A DNA stretch of 64,000 nt from Naegleria gruberi. Its lineage: Eukaryota. Below are positions 12,401 to 22,425 of the stretch, in pieces. The stretch lies in the NCBI GenBank assembly GCA_000004985.1, contig GG738847.1; one strand, written 5' to 3'. Under the pieces are notes generated by a model. It had not been told where the DNA came from, made no database searches, and was given only the letters and a program-made list of their open reading frames with translations. Every line of letters begins with the position of its first letter. Positions within the stretch are counted from its first letter, which is position 1. A program made the position numbers and the translations under genes.

Positions 12401-13706
12401 TCTCCACCAATATCTTCATATTCAAATTCATTATGTTCTTCGTCATATTGAGATTTGTATGATGAAATTGGGTTAATAGAGTGATGGAATTCAAAAACAT
12501 CTGCATCCGGATCTTCTGATTTGTTGAATGTTAAAAGTGGATGTCTATAACTGGAAAGTTCTACCTTTCTTGGTCTGTCATTATAGAGATGAGGGAATGC
12601 AACCTTGTATTCAGTTCTTACTTTTTGTCTGATAATAATTTTGTGAATATCATTAAATTCATTCCAATCCTCATCCTCTGCATCAACATCTCTGAAAAGT
12701 GGTTCAAACTTTGGTCCACCAGGGAGTGCCATATTTAATGCCTTACTAGTTTTGAATGCTTCTTTATCGAATAAATAGAAATAATTTGGATCTACAATGT
12801 CACTTAACAATCTTTCAGATAATCTGTAAAGGTTAGTCAGGATTGGTAAATTGAGTCTCCACTTCTTGTAACTACTTCCATTTACAAAGTTATTAATGTG
12901 TTCAATGAGAGGCTTATTTTGATAAAGCCAATCAAGTACAGCTAATCTTCTTCTGGATCAAGAGTCATTCTGATAGCTTCTTGAGGTTCTACTCCAAGAA
13001 TATTGCCACCATAATCAATTGGTGGTTCTTCGTCATCAAATGGTGGAAATCTCATTCTTCTGAAATGTTTTCTGTCCTTCTTTTCTCTTCTCATTAAAAT
13101 CCACATGGTTGCCCATTGTGCAAGGTAAACAGGTTCTATTACTCTAGGAATTTCATTCACAAAAGTAATGGCACCAGTGACATGATACAATACTTCAACT
13201 TCTCTCTTTTCTTCCCAAGGCATTGGCATATTTTCCAAAAGTTTGAGTACTGCATGTGGAATGTATTTTAATGCTCCAAGATAAACTCTCTTATCTCTTC
13301 TAAATTTTCTATTAGACATATCACCATGTTCCTTGATAATTTCTCTTAAAAGTTCTGGAGGCTCAATCTTGTTAATATTCTTCGCATTCTTTGATAATCC
13401 ACTTGATCCATTTGTTTGATTGATATTTTTAAATCTTCTCTTGTTAAATTTAATCCAAGCTTTTGCCTTTTGTTCTGTTGCTGTTGATGAAGATGTTGAT
13501 GATGAATTCTGAGTATTTACTCCTGGTGGCAAATTAGGAGTAGTACCAGTTGTTGATGGTTGTATTTTAATTCCAGGTGGAAGCTTTACTCCAGGAGGTA
13601 AATTAGGACGGCCTGTGCTACTACCTCTACCAAGAAGATTTTCTTGATTATTATCTTCCTCGTCATCATCATCAAACATCCGAATATGATCGTTGTTTGG
13701 TATCAT
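6436..13706 (-). CDS. prp8: Pre-mRNA-processing factor 8 (Prp8, U5 snRNP core). Intronless, about 2,380 aa. The frame is broken by an apparent 1-nt frameshift at about 12942-12945.
   Basis: ORF 12942-13706 gives the Prp8 N-terminus (..[56 protein letters not shown]). ORF 6436-12810, extended upstream in frame to 12942, gives [23 protein letters not shown].. through to the C-terminus (..[11 protein letters not shown]). Together they align across the full length to Prp8 with no gap other than a -1 frame change at GAAGAT|TAGCTG. ATG at 13706-13704; stop TAA at 6438-6436. Confidence 0.9.
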
Positions 13707-14273
13707 TTTGTTGTTGAATTAAATAACAAGGCTCGTTTTTAAAATTTCCTCTCTACAAAAACAAGCACAATGCTTTTTAATTTTTTTTAAATATTTTTAT
13801 ATTTAATTTTTGATTAAACGCTTTTTCTTCACCTTCAATGTGTATTGATGCAATTTCGACTGGTCTGTTGAAGCTTGAAGAATAATTATGAAGAGTTATT
13901 TCCGATAGAATTTGAAACGTTGAAACTTCCCTGTGAAATTGGATTCCCCTTTGATGGATCCCTTTTTTTTGGAATGTTAAATGTATCTTTCTTAGTTTCT
14001 TCGACCATTGAATAGGCAGTTGATCAAGCTAATTTAATGCTTTTTGCAAACAGAATAAGGATAAACAATAAGGTGGTTGCTATTTTATTTTTTACAGTAA
14101 TAAGGGCTATTATTTACATTGATCAGAATATATTCGAATGCTCCTCGAATGTAGGAGTAGAATAAGTTAACTGATCATTCTCTCGTTTAATTAAACAATC
14201 TCAAAATATTTGATCCTGTTTCATCTCGCATGCTATTATAATTTGTAATTTTCAATTCAATTGAAACAACAAT

Positions 14274-14516
14274 TTAAGGAAGGGCAAATTCATCATCCAT
14301 TAGAAAATCCCTATCTTCTTTCGACTCTACTATTTTACTACTCCAATTCTGTACCATTGATTGAAGTCGTTGTGTATTGTCCATTATTGTGGAGAGAAAA
14401 TCATTGTCTCCAATAATTGAGAAGCCCTCATCCCTACAATCGGATAAATAATAAGAGTCTTCATCGAGTTTTGGTGATGATTTGCTGTCTCTCTTGCCGT
14501 AGTCAGTTGCTCTCAT
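14274..14516 (-). CDS. Small acidic hypothetical protein (80 aa from the first ATG: MRATDYGKRDSKSSPKLDEDSYYLSDCRDEGF..DDEFALP*)
   Basis: The first in-frame ATG is at 14516-14514; the ORF-track start at 14549 is TTG. TAA stop. No family recognised. An E2F-like palindrome lies about 100 bp upstream. Confidence 0.3.
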   Translation of the reverse strand: MRATDYGKRDSKSSPKLDEDSYYLSDCRDEGFSIIGDNDFLSTIMDNTQRLQSMVQNWSSKIVESKEDRDFLMDDEFALP

Positions 14517-14618
14517 ATTGATTTGTTTTTTTAATGTTTGTTTTTCCAACTCAAAGCCTGGTTCATTGAAATCTTTAAAGAGTTTTCCATATGAATGAAT
14601 TTATTTACATTTTTACAA

Positions 14619-14631
14619 TTTTGGCGCCAAG
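14619..14631. promoter_or_regulatory. E2F-type palindrome TTTTGGCGCCAAG about 100 bp upstream of the small acidic ORF (14516)
   Basis: A GC-rich dyad matching the E2F consensus TTTSSCGC on both strands, in an otherwise AT-rich spacer. Confidence 0.35.
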
Positions 14632-14756
14632 TGCAAATTGTACAAAGAAGCGGGAGTTGCCAATTCAAGTATTGAATTTACTTTCAACAGGTAGACATGT
14701 GACTAGTTCAATAACTTTATATTTTTTATATACAAATAAATACACTTATTTACAAG

Positions 14757-15926
14757 TTAAATAGCTGTTTTACAAATAGGACATTGATTCCTCATTCTCA
14801 ATGCTTGGAAAACACAATCACGATGATATTTGTGTAAACATGTTGGTAGAGTACAAACTACATCCCCAGATTCATACTTGCTCAAACAAATACAACAAGA
14901 TTCTTCTAAAAGACTTCTTCCTAAATTTTCAGAGCAATAAGGCACAGATGAATCTTGTTCATTGTTTGCACTTGAATTAGCTCCATTGGTAGGAACTCCA
15001 GTGTACAGCTCTGAATCATCATTGGAATGTTCTACAGCTGAAAGCGGAGGTATTCTGTATACTGTTAAACGTGAAAGAGTGTTTTCTGAAACACCTCTAG
15101 GTTCAGCATGATGCCCATCTAATTGTAAAAGAGTATCATAATCATTTGCATTAAAATCTCTATCAATCATCATTAATCTCAATGAATTGACATCCATTCC
15201 ACGGCTCTGTAATAATTCTAAAAGTCGTTGATTTCTTTCAGAAATTTCCTCTCCTTCCCAATCATCATGTTCTCCTTCATAACGAGCAAGTCCATACTTT
15301 AACATGTAATATTTGAGATTTCTGATCAAGGTGGATCTATTATGATTTAAACATAATGCGAGAAGTCTCTTTCCCCACAAACACGTACAACAAAAAGCAA
15401 TGCATGAAAACAAAATTGCATTCGGAATTGTGAGTGTGTAGAGTAAAACAGTTCGAAAACTGTTTGCGTTTGAAGTATCAGAAGAATTTTCCTGTCCACT
15501 ATCGGATGATGATGAGGATGGTTTAACAAAAGCTGCCACAAGTATAAAGTGAATAGCAATAATTATGATAAAAAGAATCGATATTACCATTAACACCACA
15601 ATTCTCCTTCTTAAATTCGGATTTAGATTTGAAAATGGGAATGGAGATCTTGTTTCTGTAGCTTGTTCTGGTGTATCATTAATAGCTGGTGTTGGTGTAT
15701 CGATATTATTAGAATTATTATTACTACTTCTATTCCATGAGAAGAATTGTCGGAGTGATTGAAATCTACTTGAATTGTTGTTATTATTATTTGCGACAAA
15801 AGATTGATATTCATCTTCTTGGGTGTGATTATTATTATCTTGTTCATCATCAGATTCTGTGAGTTGTACTCGAACTCCACGATAGGGATGAACAGGATCA
15901 GCCACACCACCGTTATTTGAGGACAT
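14757..15926 (-). CDS. Membrane-anchored RING-H2 zinc-finger protein (putative E3 ubiquitin ligase), 389 aa
   Basis: ATG at 15926-15924. Two hydrophobic segments (IVVLMVISILFIIIIAIHFILVAAF and TVLLYTLTIPNAILFSCIAFCCTCLWG). C-terminal RING-H2 signature CCICLSKYESGDVVCTLPTCLHKYHRDCVFQALRMRNQCPICK. Confidence 0.7.
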   Translation of the reverse strand: MSSNNGGVADPVHPYRGVRVQLTESDDEQDNNNHTQEDEYQSFVANNNNNNSSRFQSLRQFFSWNRSSNNNSNNIDTPTPAINDTPEQATETRSPFPFSNLNPNLRRRIVVLMVISILFIIIIAIHFILVAAFVKPSSSSSDSGQENSSDTSNANSFRTVLLYTLTIPNAILFSCIAFCCTCLWGKRLLALCLNHNRSTLIRNLKYYMLKYGLARYEGEHDDWEGEEISERNQRLLELLQSRGMDVNSLRLMMIDRDFNANDYDTLLQLDGHHAEPRGVSENTLSRLTVYRIPPLSAVEHSNDDSELYTGVPTNGANSSANNEQDSSVPYCSENLGRSLLEESCCICLSKYESGDVVCTLPTCLHKYHRDCVFQALRMRNQCPICKTAI

Positions 15927-16541
15927 TTTTTTGTATTGGAAAGAACTTGCTGATTGGTTGTTTGAAGATATTAATATTTAACGTGAGGTGACTACGATTG
16001 ACCTAGATGGAATCAAACAATGAGTAAAACAACTTGTTTTGATACCAAATGAAACAAAATTTTAAAGATTTTTGAAAGAAAAGTGTTGTCACTTCCATTA
16101 CTCAAAATTTATTCCACAAAACTTAGAAATTTATCCTTATTCACCATTGATTCAAAGTTGTTTGAATTTTTATACTTGAAACAAATGAAATCGAGTAATA
16201 AGTAAAAATAAAACAAGAGGCGATTCTTTCTTGTTTGGATTAGTTTCTAACTTTTTCGAGGATTTCAACAAAAACCAACGTTGAACTTTTTCCACTCAAG
16301 ATTAATTAAAATGCATTTTCAATGATGTAAATTATGAAGGATAGATCTGGAAGACCTGCCTCTTCTGTACAACTAGTAGCAATAGTGATCCCATAAGACG
16401 ATTTGCAATTGTGGCAGAATTCCACCAGAAGGAATTCAATACATCTTCATAAAGAATGAATAAACCATAGTACCAAAAGGCACATCATTGAAAATACTTT
16501 AATTAGCTTGTTTAAAATGAATAATTAAAAACTTTGAAAAA

Positions 16542-17135
16542 ATGTCTTTAAATCAAACAAATAACACAACACTCGTCACTCAACCATTGTTCGGAGGAGC
16601 AATGTGTATTGATTTACCATCAAGCTATTTGGATTCTTCAAATTTTAGAGAAATTCCCGATAATCAGGAAGTTTGGACTGATAACTTGGAAGTGCCTTCA
16701 CAATCATCACAATCATCAAGTTGTCCTTCAGTAATTATTGAAATTCTCGGAAGGTGTGAGGAGCCAAACCAAAGTGTGACATCATTCATGTTCGACGATT
16801 TGGCCACTGCTAACCATGTTGCACCAAATGATCGTTCCTTCTTATTCGAATTTGATGATACTACAATGACAAAATCTACCAATTTCCCAAATGCCGATTT
16901 TGCTGCTGGTGGTATTGGACAAATGAAAGTGGAAAAGAATAGAGATTTGGATTTGGTAACAGTATTTGTTTGGGTTTTAAGATTGAAGGAAATTGATACT
17001 GACATTCTCATCACTCTCAATGATCCTTGTATTCAATATTCTAATGCTCAAGAAGCCACACAATCACCTCGATTCCAATTATTCTCAAAAATTATCAGAT
17101 CCTTAAAGGTTTTGGACTGGGGATTATTTTGTTAA
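16542..17135 (+). CDS. mog1: Mog1/RANGRF-like Ran guanine-nucleotide release factor (Mog1/PsbP fold), 197 aa
   Basis: ATG at 16542. The N-terminal LFGGAMCIDLPSSYLDSSNFREIPDNQEVW.. region resembles the Mog1p family. Confidence 0.55.
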   Translation: MSLNQTNNTTLVTQPLFGGAMCIDLPSSYLDSSNFREIPDNQEVWTDNLEVPSQSSQSSSCPSVIIEILGRCEEPNQSVTSFMFDDLATANHVAPNDRSFLFEFDDTTMTKSTNFPNADFAAGGIGQMKVEKNRDLDLVTVFVWVLRLKEIDTDILITLNDPCIQYSNAQEATQSPRFQLFSKIIRSLKVLDWGLFC

Positions 17136-17281
17136 TCTGATTCATAAAATGTCATCACATCTAGTTCAATTATTTCATCATCCACATAATTGTTTCAATT
17201 AATCATTTGAGAATTTGTGAAATTTAGAATTAAATAATTTGTAAATAATTTTTTTTTAGGATTTTATCAAAATTTAGAAAT

Positions 17282-18487
17282 TTAGAGTTCGTCGTGATCG
17301 GCCTTCTTTTCTTCGACTGGCTTTTCTTCTTGCTTCTTCTTTTCTTCTTCTTCTCTCTTCTTTCTTTCTTCTTCTTCCTTGGCCTTCTTGGCAGATTCAA
17401 TCTTATCGAAAGCTTCCTTTTCCTTCTTGGCACGTTCAACAACCTTTTGAACAGCTTCGTTGGCAACATCCAAATCATCAGTAACCATAATGTTATCAAA
17501 GATAGTACCAGCCTTAACTTGCCAGATTTCAATACCAGCATATTCAATATCGTTATACTTGGCAACATCTTCATCGAAAGCATAATCTGGGTTAGCAATG
17601 AGTGGAGCAGACCATTCACCCTTGTAAGCTGGGTTAGGGATCATTCTAGCCTTCCATTCACCCTTGTATTCTGGGTTTGGAATTTGAGGAGCTTCCCAGG
17701 CACCATCTTCTTCTTCGTCCCAGTTTTCTGGCTTCTTGGCTTCTGGATCAGAAATATACTTTGGTTGATCCCAGTCTTCTGGCTTCTTATCAGTTTCATC
17801 AACAATTTCCTTTTCATCAACCCAATCAGCTGGCTTCTTGGCTTGTGGATCTGGAATATCCTTTGGTGGCAAAAAGTCCCAATCATCATACAAACTTCCG
17901 CTTTCCTTCTTTTGACCATCAATTTGGACTTCATAGGTAGCATCAGGATTGATAATAGCAGTGTAAATGTGAGTGAGTTGATCAGTTTCACATGGAACAG
18001 TCTTCTTCCACAACAAGTTCTTACCCTTGTAGTTGAAGATGAAGTGAATTCTTCTAGTAGCAGAACCACAGATATCAGGACCGAACATAATTCTATATTC
18101 AGTGTCATCCTTGAAGTTTTCTTGGCTAGCACCAGTTGGCAAGAACTTTAAGTAAGCACCACCACAGTCAATGCTTTGTGGATGTTTAGTGGAGAATTGA
18201 ATAACGAGTGGCTTATCACCTCTAGAGACGGCTGGTTTATCGAATCTAGCAGAGATTGAGTAGTGTCTAGCATCTTGACCAGTTTGAAGACCCTTGTCTT
18301 CTTCAGCATCACCGTACCATTCACCGGCAGTGTGTTTCCATTCACCATAGTTATCCTTAGACTTGCTCTTAACCCATCTGGCTTCATATCCAGCATGGAA
18401 AGGTTCATAGAAGAAAGTTTCAGCTGAAACTATAGCAGCTACGCTCAACAAGAGAGCAGCTAACACGATATGTTTAGTTGTAAACAT
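17282..18487 (-). CDS. crt: Calreticulin (ER lumenal lectin chaperone), 401 aa, with a C-terminal HDEL retrieval signal
   Basis: Has a signal peptide (MFTTKHIVLAALLLSVAAIVSA) and the calreticulin N-domain (KGLQTGQDARHYSISARF, IDCGGAYLKF, IMFGPDICG). The P-domain repeats (PxxIxDPxAxKPEDWDx and GxWxxPxIxNPxYK) are present. The acidic K/E-rich C-domain ends in ..HDEL*. ATG at 18487-18485; TAA stop. Confidence 0.92.
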   Translation of the reverse strand: MFTTKHIVLAALLLSVAAIVSAETFFYEPFHAGYEARWVKSKSKDNYGEWKHTAGEWYGDAEEDKGLQTGQDARHYSISARFDKPAVSRGDKPLVIQFSTKHPQSIDCGGAYLKFLPTGASQENFKDDTEYRIMFGPDICGSATRRIHFIFNYKGKNLLWKKTVPCETDQLTHIYTAIINPDATYEVQIDGQKKESGSLYDDWDFLPPKDIPDPQAKKPADWVDEKEIVDETDKKPEDWDQPKYISDPEAKKPENWDEEEDGAWEAPQIPNPEYKGEWKARMIPNPAYKGEWSAPLIANPDYAFDEDVAKYNDIEYAGIEIWQVKAGTIFDNIMVTDDLDVANEAVQKVVERAKKEKEAFDKIESAKKAKEEEERKKREEEEKKKQEEKPVEEKKADHDEL

Positions 18488-18625
18488 TTTTTTTGGCTGT
18501 TGTTTGTGATTGACGCGCTGTGGTGAAAAGCCTTGTAGAATTTATTGTGTTCCTGTGTGGCTTTAAGTTCCCGTTCTCCTTCTCTCTCTTGAACGAACGA
18601 TCTTGCATTAGAAAATGAAAGGGCA

Positions 18626-18635
18626 AACACGTGTT
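18626..18635. promoter_or_regulatory. Perfect 10-bp palindrome AACACGTGTT (CACGTG core) about 140 bp upstream of the calreticulin ATG
   Basis: A single occurrence in the calreticulin 5' flank. An ACGTG/CCACG-type core is used by UPR transcription factors in other eukaryotes. Confidence 0.25.
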
Positions 18636-18961
18636 CGAGCTAACTTTGTTTGGGTAACAAGTTTACAAAACCATCTTCCGAGAGGTTATTCCGATATTTT
18701 GCTGCTTACATGTTATCCACACAATAGCCAATATCAATAAAATGTTTCAATTCAATATCTATGTATTGTCAGATTGAAGAAGTTGCTACTAATAATAACT
18801 ATAAACTTATGATTTATTTGAACAATTAGCCAGATGATCTTCTGCTTTTTTCATAATTTGGTTGATAACCAGCATCCGAACAAGCTCTGTTGTTTGAGTC
18901 ATTGAAAATGATATCCTAAAGTTAATTGATTAATTGATAATGGACAACAATGGGATTGAAA

Positions 18962-19465
18962 CTATTCGTCAAAATCTTCAAAATTATCATCCATATCATT
19001 TTCCACTTGGATTATCAAACTACAATTATTACAATTGATGTTATAGGATTTGAAACATCCACCATCTTGATTTTCATTTGAATCGTTAAGCACATCTTCC
19101 ATATGAATTGTGTACTCTCCACCACACCTACATTTATGAGTACAAACATCCTCATCTTGGTCATATTCCATTTCAGATAACAAAATGTAATCGGAAATAT
19201 TTCCCACCAACTGTTTCTCCAAATTATACTTATTTAAATGATATTCTCTATCGTACTGCCTCTTCTTCTTTGGATCTCTCAATAATTCGTAAGCTTGTTG
19301 AATTTCAATAAATTTCGTTTCTTCTTCATCGAGACCATTATTTTCCGAGAGATTTTTTCTATCGGGATGGTATTTGAGTGCAAGAACTTTATACTGTTGT
19401 TTGATATCATTCAATGATGCTTCGGTTGTTAATCCGAGAGTTGAATAAGGGCATAATTTACTCAT
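18962..19465 (-). CDS. dph4: DnaJ (J-domain) plus CSL-type zinc-finger protein: diphthamide biosynthesis protein 4 (DPH4/DNAJC24-like), 167 aa
   Basis: N-terminal J domain (YSTLGL..YKVLALKYHPDR.. with the HPD motif) followed by a C-terminal CSL zinc finger (CTHKCRCGGEY..CNNCS). ATG at 19465-19463. Confidence 0.7.
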   Translation of the reverse strand: MSKLCPYSTLGLTTEASLNDIKQQYKVLALKYHPDRKNLSENNGLDEEETKFIEIQQAYELLRDPKKKRQYDREYHLNKYNLEKQLVGNISDYILLSEMEYDQDEDVCTHKCRCGGEYTIHMEDVLNDSNENQDGGCFKSYNINCNNCSLIIQVENDMDDNFEDFDE

Positions 19466-19649
19466 TTTTTATTCTTCAATTTTAAAAAAGAACTTTAATG
19501 ATAAATAATTTAAATATTAATATATTTAAATATTTGTTATATTTCTAATATATTTAAACATTGAAAGTAATTAGTAATTAAAATGTCATACATGTTCAAT
19601 TAGTAATTAAAATGTTATACATGTTCAATTTTATTTAATATTTAAAAAA

Positions 19650-20513
19650 ATGTCATCATCAGCAAATGGAGCAAGTGGTGGAGGTGGAACCATGATGGCT
19701 GCCAAATATGAACGTAATCAGGAGGCTACAATATTTGTGGGAAATTTGGATCAACAAGTTGATGAGGAATTATTATGGGAATTGTTTGTGCAGATGGGAC
19801 CTGTTGTAGATGCTAAAATTCCACGTGATCGTATTACTAATACACACTCTGGTTATGCCTTTGTAGAATTTAAACATGAACATGATGCTAATTATGCCAT
19901 TCAAGTTATGAATCAAATTAAATTATTCGGAAGACCAATGAAATTAAATCGTTACGATCAAGATAAATCAGCAAAGAATTTGGATGTTGGTGCCAATTTG
20001 TGGGTCGGAAATTTGGATCCTGTTGGAGTCAGTGATGAAGGTATTTTGAGAGAATTATTTGGACAATTTGGTGTCATGATACAAAATACACCAAGAATTC
20101 AAAGAGATCCAGAAACAATGGAAAGCAAAGGGTTTGCTTTTGTATCATATGACAATTTCGAGTCTGCAGATGCTGCCAAGATGCATTTGAATGGACAATA
20201 CATTTCTGGTAAGCCAATTATTGTAGAGTATGCCTTTAAACCAAATTCAAGAGAAAGATATGGTAGTGAAGCTGAAAGAGAATTAGCTGCCAAGAGACCA
20301 ATTACTGCTCAACAACAACAAATGAGATTGAATCACATGCAACAACTCCAAGCTCAACAAATGCTTGCATATCAAGCTCAATTACAACAAGTTCAGCAAC
20401 AAGGTGGAGTTGTTCTAATGATTCCAGCCAATCAAGCTGGAGCTGGTTTTCCAGTTGTCCAAGGAGTTATGCCACAAAATATGGGCCATTATTACGGAAA
20501 TATGCAACAATAA
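19650..20513 (+). CDS. sf3b4: Splicing factor 3b subunit 4 (SF3B4/SAP49/Hsh49). Two RRMs plus a Gln-rich tail, 287 aa.
   Basis: RRM1 is EATIFVGNLDQQVDEELLWELFVQMGPVVDAKIPRDRITNTHSGYAFVEFKHEHDANYAIQVMN. RRM2 is ANLWVGNLDPVGVSDEGILRELFGQFG..SKGFAFVSYDNFESADAA. Both are characteristic of SF3B4. ATG at 19650; TAA stop. Confidence 0.85.
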   Translation: MSSSANGASGGGGTMMAAKYERNQEATIFVGNLDQQVDEELLWELFVQMGPVVDAKIPRDRITNTHSGYAFVEFKHEHDANYAIQVMNQIKLFGRPMKLNRYDQDKSAKNLDVGANLWVGNLDPVGVSDEGILRELFGQFGVMIQNTPRIQRDPETMESKGFAFVSYDNFESADAAKMHLNGQYISGKPIIVEYAFKPNSRERYGSEAERELAAKRPITAQQQQMRLNHMQQLQAQQMLAYQAQLQQVQQQGGVVLMIPANQAGAGFPVVQGVMPQNMGHYYGNMQQ

Positions 20514-20662
20514 TGAGTATTTTATGGAATTATTCAAAGCAGAATGTGAATTGTACAATGATTTTCACCCTTTTTGAGAGAACGTGATACAAGTTCATTA
20601 GGTTGTTTGCACTAAAAAGAAATAACATATGCACTTGATGTGAAGCAAAATATGAAATAAAT

Positions 20663-22061
20663 TTATCTTAATGTTACTGGCAACTGTTGTGGAACTGCTT
20701 CTCTCAACTTGAATTGGATTTCATCAATTTCTTCATTGGTCAAACTTCTTTCCATACTTCTGTACATGATACGATAACATTTGCTTCTCTTTCCAGTCTT
20801 TGGATGAGTGAAATCATCAACAATGCTAACATTTTCAGCCAAATCTCCTGCTAATTCTCTGACAATTTCATAGAAATCATTGTCACTATAGTTGGAGTCA
20901 ACCCACATAGAAATATCCTTATAACATCCAGGGAATTTAGAAATTGGTTTGAATTTGGTATTCAATAATAATTTAGGACTATTCACAATTTCTTGTGAGA
21001 ATTGTGAGAGGAATCTAGCATCTTCACTCCAGAAAAGTCTAATATCAGGAATATCGAACAAAATCATTGCCAATCTTTCCAAACCAACACCGAAAGCATA
21101 ACCAGTATATTCGTTAAGGTCATACTTGGCATTAAGCATAATATCCTTCTTAATTAATCCACAACCCAAAACTTCCAACCATTTTCCACGGAAATCAATT
21201 TCCAATTCAATACCTGGATCCACAAATGGGAAATAATCAGAATTCCAACGCATAGTAACATCTCCAAAGAGAGCTCTAGCTAATCCTTCCAAATCATTCT
21301 TCAATTCTTGAATACAATAATTTTCAAATGCAGCTTGAATTTCTTCCGATGATTTTTGAGAAACATCAATCTTTGTTAGTGCATCGGATTGTTTTCCTGT
21401 TACAAAGTCAACCTTTCCACTATTAACCAATTCAATAAAATCCTTCTTACGGAAAATTTTAACACCATCCATTTGATGGAAAACTGGATAGTGAGTAGCA
21501 TCGACATCATCACGTCTATAAACATCACCAGCAACAAGGAAGTGTTCGTGACCCTTTTGTAAAATTTCAACTTGGTGGGCTGTTGTGTGAGTTCTCAATA
21601 AATGTAAGCTATCATAATAGTATGTATCAGTTGGTTGACGAGAAATGTGATCGGAAGGGAAACACAGGCTTTCAAAGTTTTGAACAGTTGTTACTTTTGG
21701 ATGGAATTCATCGAAAATTTGAACCTTTCCATTATCTAATTTTCAATTCAATAAATTTAATTGTTCCAATAAATCACCTACCTTTGGCTGCCTTTTCAAT
21801 AAAGTGATTTTGAATAATTGTCTTGATAATACACAAAGGATGATTATCCTTTCTATATAAATTTCTTCCGATTTTAGCATGGACAGAAGGAGGTATGTTA
21901 GACTCTTTAATTTGAACATAAATTGGAACTTCCGACAAGGTCTTTTGATTTGTATTAAAATTTCTAAAATTCTTATTGATCATCATCAAGGAAGGTGGAG
22001 TCATCACCTTGCTACTATTCTTAACAAGAAGTGAACGAATGGCTTGAGATTGGCGCAACAT
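20663..22061 (-). CDS. Mitochondrial phenylalanyl-tRNA synthetase (FARS2/Msf1-type, single chain). Two exons: join(22061..21782, 21735..20663).
   Basis: Exon 1 (MLRQSQAIRSLL.. presequence-like, ..HPLCIIKTIIQNHFIEKAAK) ends in phase 1 at donor G|GTAGGT. The intron is 21781..21736 (46 nt). The acceptor TTAG|AT restores ..DNGKVQIFDEFHPKVTTVQNFESLCFPSDHISRQPTDTYYYDSLHLLRTHTTAHQVEIL.., matching FARS2. ATG at 22061-22059; TAA at 20665-20663. Confidence 0.8.
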
Positions 22062-22425
22062 TTTTTTAAAATTGAAAATACGATTTTTGTTATCTTTTTT
22101 GTTGGGATAAAATCTATTTGTTTTATTATTGAATTCAATTAACAATTTTGTAATAATTTATATGATTGATTTGGAAATACTTGCATTGTTTTTCATTCTT
22201 GAAATTTGCTTCTATTTTTCTTTGGGATTAATCAAAAACTCTGTCAGAAAGCCAACAAGTTGTCTGGGTTTGTGTTTAAAGTCTAATTACATTTGATTTG
22301 GATTATATTTTGGCAAAATCCCATAGAAAATCTCTTCCTCCAGAGGTGATAGATAATGCATTCTCTGATTCAGAAATTATCTCTTCTGTGAATGCATTGA
22401 CCAATCCGACCAATTATGTCTCTTG

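Noticed and set aside
13707-14273. Searched intergenic spacers (13707-14273, 15927-16541, 27000-27631, 38414-39419, 46142-46951, 56277-56520) for U1/U2/U4/U5/U6 snRNA and rRNA signature boxes (ACTTACCTG, GGCCTTTTGGCTAAGATCAAG, ACAGAGAAGATTAGCA, CTTTTACTAAAGA)
   Set aside because: No matches found. No rRNA, snRNA, transposon terminal repeats or tandem-repeat arrays were detected. CRISPR arrays are not expected in a eukaryote and none were seen.
17294-18151. 285-aa plus-strand ORF antisense to calreticulin, and similar long antisense ORFs 28694-29419(+), 28851-29375(-), 33102-33608(-) and 24606-24971(+)
   Set aside because: All lie opposite or out of frame with low-complexity coding stretches (K/E-rich calreticulin tail, T/G-rich FG repeats, K-rich secreted protein, T/P-rich RAD23 linker). 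Codon bias there suppresses stop codons on the other strand and frames. The translated products are homopolymeric nonsense.
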